Assembly: GCA_003021005.1 (NCBI GenBank)
Contig: PXRI01000027.1
Location: 1,480-65,479 of the forward strand
DNA: 64,000 nucleotides
Origin: Halobacteriales archaeon QS_1_69_70
Lineage (GTDB): Archaea; Halobacteriota; Halobacteria; Halobacteriales; Haloarculaceae
Direction: 5' to 3'
The notes beneath the pieces are model-generated. The model saw nothing but the letters and a program-made list of their open reading frames with translations. It made no database searches and was not told the DNA's origin. Shown here piece after piece: positions 60,589 to 64,000 of this stretch. Both the position numbers and the translations under genes were made by a program. Each line of letters begins with the position of its first letter. The first letter of the stretch is position 1.

Positions 60589-63102
60589 TCAGTCTCGCGC
60601 CTCCGGGTCGACAAGCGGCCCGATCACGTGCGTCGCGTGGCCGGCCTCGACGTCGAGGTCGTGTGCCTCGCCGCCGCCAAGGAGCGTCAGCGTCGCCGCG
60701 ACGTCGCAGTCGACCTCGACGGCGAGTTCCGCGGCGGGGTCCAGCCCGGCGGCCTCCAGCCACACCGTCGCCGCCTCGACGCCGGCCAGCTCGATCCGGA
60801 GGGCGTTGTCGGGGCCGGCGGGTTCCCCCGTCGGGGCGACCCACTCGACGCCCCGGCCGGTGTAGGCGAGCGGTCGGGTCCCGGTCGTGGTGTAGGCCTC
60901 CGGGCTGGGGTCGGCGTAACCGTCGGCGAGCGACGTGGCGTCCACGAGCCCGCTGTCGGCCGCCTCGGCCGTGCGGACGTCGGTGATCCAGTAGGCCGAG
61001 TCGTGGTAGACGTCCAGCTCGGGGTAGTCGAACTCGGGGACGTGCCGGAACGTCACCCGCGCCGGCGACTCGGGCGTGTCGCACTCGGCGAGGTAGGCGG
61101 GGCCGCGCTCCCAGCGGTCCTGCAGCGCGAGGAAGAAGTGGTCGGCGGCGGGGAAGACGTCGATCTGGTGGCGGTAGCCGTGGTTCCGGAGCCTGCTCGC
61201 GTAGTTCGTCGGGCCGAGCAGCGGCACCAGGGGGTCCGTCCCGCCGTGCCACAGGAGCGTCGGGACGTGCCGGAGGTTGTCCGTGAGCCGGAGGGCGTTC
61301 TCCGGCTCCTCGGTGAAGATGGAGAACAGCCGGCCGCCCTCCTCGCCGCCGAGCAGATCCTCCATCAGGATCTCTGGCGTCGCCAGCAGGTTGCTCGTCG
61401 GGCCCTCGAGGGGGTCCTCCGCCGGCGGGCCGACGACGGCGAAACAGCGGCCGAAACAGTCCGGGTGCTTTGTCGCCATGATGATGGCGCCGAACCCGCC
61501 CATCGAGTACCCCGTAACCGTCACCGTCGAGCGGTCGACGTCGATCCGCGTCTCGAGGTCCCGCCAGGCCTCGAAGACGTCGAGTTCGGCCCGGCGCTTG
61601 TACCAGATGCCGGGGCCGCGGGTCTGCGGCATGAACACGACGCCGCCGGTCGCCTCGGCCAGCGCCTCGACGTAGCCCCGCATCCAGGCGGCGTACTGGG
61701 TGTAGCAGTTCCCCAGCGAGTGTAGCGCCGTCACCATCGGGACGGCGCCCGCCTCGAGGTCGACCTCCTCGGGCACGTAGACGCCGTACGGCTGGATGCG
61801 ACCGAGGAGGACGTTCGCCTGGGTGTCGACGCCCGCCCCGAACTCGTGCCGGGAGGGGTAGAGGTACGTGACGAACCCCGACTCGGGGAGGTTCCGGTCG
61901 ACGACGCCCGCCCGGAGGCGGTCGAAGTCGACGTCGGCGTGGAACCGCGAGATGTCGCGCTCGGCGAGCGCGGTCGCCTGGGCGTGGTCCTGCCAGTTGC
62001 CGACCCCGAGGACGCGGGGAACGCCCTCGACGTCGCCGAGCAGCCAGAACCGGTCGAGTTCGGTCAGAAGCTCCGACAGGCCGGTGGCCTCGAAGGGGTC
62101 GAACGGGCTGCCGAGGGGGTTCAACAGGTCCAGGGGGTCCTCCAGCTGTTCGAGGAGGTTCGCCGTCCGGCCGAACCGCTGGAGGGTCTCGAAGGGGTCG
62201 TCCAGCTCCGCGAGCACCTCCCCCGGGGCGTTCGCGAGCACCGTCGCCAGCCGCGGGAGGAGGGTGTCCAGGTCGACGTTGCGCTCCATTGGCTCCTGGT
62301 CCGGCGACCGGAACCCGACGTCGAACACCGGCGGCGCCGGCCGACCCGGCTTGCGGCCGCCGGGTGTGTCGTCGTTGGCGTCGACGGCGATCTCACGGAA
62401 CGCCTCCGCGTCGTCGTCCCGGAGGCCGACGGCGATGTAGTGCCGCCACGTCGCCTCGCCGGGTTCCAGCGGCACCTCGACCTCGAGCTGGTTCCGGCGG
62501 ACGTCGACGTTTACGCGTTCGTCGGGTAGGGGGTCGTCGTCGAGTTCGGCGCCGGTGCCCCAGGTGACGATGCGGTGGTCGACGGGGGCGCTCAGGTCGC
62601 CGAGGCCGTACCCCCAGTCCGTTCGCCGGTCGCCGCTTTCGTCGTCCGGGTCCCGCCGGGTGTCGACGCCGATGGCGACGGCGGCGGCATCGGGTTCGAG
62701 CATCGTGTTCAGCGTGATCCGGTAGGCGACGCCCTCGTCGGTCGGACGGGCGCGGAACTCCAGCAGGTCGGCGGCATTGTACCCGTAGCGGTCCGGGTCG
62801 CTCGGGTACCGGTAGTCGCCCGTCGCCCGCGAGTAGAAGCCGCCCATCGTGTGACCCTCCGGGTTCCCGTCGAACACCGAGCGGGTGTCGGCGCCGTGGT
62901 CATCGTAGACGAAGTCCTGGTAGAGGAACTCCCCGTCGACGTGCCCCCGGCCGCCGGCCACGAGCAGGGGGTCGGCGTCCCAGCCGAACCCGTTCTCCAG
63001 TTGCGGCGGCGTGGGGTTGTCGCCGTACAGCGCGTCGGGCCCGGGCCGGGGCCGCGACCGCTCGGCCGCGTCGGGGTCTGCCTCGGTCGGCTCGTCGCTC
63101 AT
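60589..63102 (-). CDS. large alpha/beta-hydrolase (paralog 2)
   Basis: ALHSL, GYSMGG, GTD and ADH; colinear with paralog 1; ATG at 63102. Confidence 0.8.
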   Translation of the reverse strand: MSDEPTEADPDAAERSRPRPGPDALYGDNPTPPQLENGFGWDADPLLVAGGRGHVDGEFLYQDFVYDDHGADTRSVFDGNPEGHTMGGFYSRATGDYRYPSDPDRYGYNAADLLEFRARPTDEGVAYRITLNTMLEPDAAAVAIGVDTRRDPDDESGDRRTDWGYGLGDLSAPVDHRIVTWGTGAELDDDPLPDERVNVDVRRNQLEVEVPLEPGEATWRHYIAVGLRDDDAEAFREIAVDANDDTPGGRKPGRPAPPVFDVGFRSPDQEPMERNVDLDTLLPRLATVLANAPGEVLAELDDPFETLQRFGRTANLLEQLEDPLDLLNPLGSPFDPFEATGLSELLTELDRFWLLGDVEGVPRVLGVGNWQDHAQATALAERDISRFHADVDFDRLRAGVVDRNLPESGFVTYLYPSRHEFGAGVDTQANVLLGRIQPYGVYVPEEVDLEAGAVPMVTALHSLGNCYTQYAAWMRGYVEALAEATGGVVFMPQTRGPGIWYKRRAELDVFEAWRDLETRIDVDRSTVTVTGYSMGGFGAIIMATKHPDCFGRCFAVVGPPAEDPLEGPTSNLLATPEILMEDLLGGEEGGRLFSIFTEEPENALRLTDNLRHVPTLLWHGGTDPLVPLLGPTNYASRLRNHGYRHQIDVFPAADHFFLALQDRWERGPAYLAECDTPESPARVTFRHVPEFDYPELDVYHDSAYWITDVRTAEAADSGLVDATSLADGYADPSPEAYTTTGTRPLAYTGRGVEWVAPTGEPAGPDNALRIELAGVEAATVWLEAAGLDPAAELAVEVDCDVAATLTLLGGGEAHDLDVEAGHATHVIGPLVDPEARD

Positions 63103-63151
63103 GGCCCCACGGTCGGCACGGACCACGAAAGGCGTTCCCCCCGCGCATGTG

Positions 63152-63631
63152 GGCAATGTTCAGTTTACGCGTGGAGTAATCCTCGGGTGGACGCAAGCCC
63201 CCGGCTCCTGGGGTCCGGCGGCTCACGGCTCGCGTCGCTCGCGGGTCGCTGTCGCTCCCCGCTCGCCACATCGAGGCGCTCCCTGCGGTTGCGCCTCGCG
63301 CTCGCCGTTCGCCCGTCCGGCGGCCCTCCCTGCGGTCGGGCCGCCCGCTCGCTGCGCGCTTCGCTCACTGCTCGCGGCGTCGCCGCTCGCCCATTCGGCG
63401 GCGCTCCCGTTGGTCGCGCCGCCTGTTCGCTCCAGTGCTTGTTCCGCTGGACTCGCGTCGCTCGTCCAGCGAAGTTCGCCTCGCGTCGCTCGCCTCACCG
63501 TCGCCGGCCGTCCCCGAGAAACCGGCCCCTTGCGCAGTCCCGCCCGATGAAGTTCTCTGAGAGGCCGACTGGGGCCCTGCGCCCGGTGAGTCGATGTGTC
63601 AGACGAACGGCATCCTAACCTGAACAGGGCC
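63152..63631 (-). mobile_element. MITE copy 3 (480 bp, inverted)
   Basis: Plus-strand ends GGCAATGTTCAGTTTA / CTAACCTGAACAGGGCC; interior colinear with copy 1. Flanks CGCATGTG / CGCACCGG match at 5 of 8 positions. Confidence 0.8.
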
Positions 63632-63839
63632 CGCACCGGCACCCCTTCGTATCGGTCGGGTGCCCGGAGGACGACTCCGGCGGTATGCGTCCCGACTTCC
63701 GTGGCCGGGTGTCCGGCCGGCAGGCCTCCCCACCCCAGGCCTCACCCACGATCCCGTTCGACGGCCGTCTGACGGCGCCTGCGCCGATGTGACGTGTGTC
63801 TGACTGACTCTTTTGGGACGCCGTCACACACGTGTAGCC

Positions 63840-64000
63840 ATGGCATCCGCATCGACTGATCCGGTTGCGGCCGACGCCGCGACGCGGGAGCTGGAGGCCG
63901 AACTCCGGCGCAGCGAGCGCCGCCGCGAGGCGGACGAGCGCCGGCTCGAGGACGCAAAGCGCGGCCGGTCGCCCTCCCACCGTGGCGGCCTGTGGGCGAC
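63840..64000 (+). CDS. possible 3'-truncated coiled-coil hypothetical protein
   Basis: MASASTDPVAADAATRELEAELRRSERRRE..., open to the window edge. Confidence 0.4.
   Translation, partial: MASASTDPVAADAATRELEAELRRSERRREADERRLEDAKRGRSPSHRGGLWA

Noticed and set aside
1-64000. tRNA, rRNA, integrase or autonomous transposase genes
   Set aside because: None recognised by eye; tRNAscan-SE and HMM searches were not run.

Overview
GC-rich haloarchaeal (Halobacteria-type) chromosomal window with acidic proteins. From left to right: (1) a DNA-repair-rich block (partial PD-(D/E)XK nuclease, beta-CASP/MBL nuclease, endonuclease IV, three-gene PolB2 cassette, NucS, Upf1/DNA2-like SF1 helicase, VapBC-type TA pair); (2) housekeeping and accessory genes (NOG1 GTPase, hisE, SDR, S66 peptidase, MFS, two tandem PGF-CTERM-like surface proteins, PfkB kinase); (3) a complete type I-B CRISPR-Cas locus (cas6-cas8b-cas7-cas5-cas3-cas4-cas1-cas2) with a 40-repeat/39-spacer array abutting a truncated SBP56 pseudogene; (4) alaX, thiDN, secG and a Rad3/XPD helicase; (5) the LysW/ArgW-type arginine cluster argG-H-W-X-C-B-D-E-F, thrC and two tandem alpha/beta-hydrolase paralogs. 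The most unusual signals are non-coding or structural. These are a family of intergenic elements built from strand-specific hairpins (stem-GA-NC-GNA-GN-GA-stem) that fit ssDNA folding rules, three copies of a MITE (8-bp target duplications, intact in two copies) carrying such an element, a chain of two 13-codon ORFs linking argX to argC through ATGA overlaps, and frameshifting internal deletions in four otherwise intact genes (real or assembly artefact). All assignments come from manual motif recognition; no searches were run.
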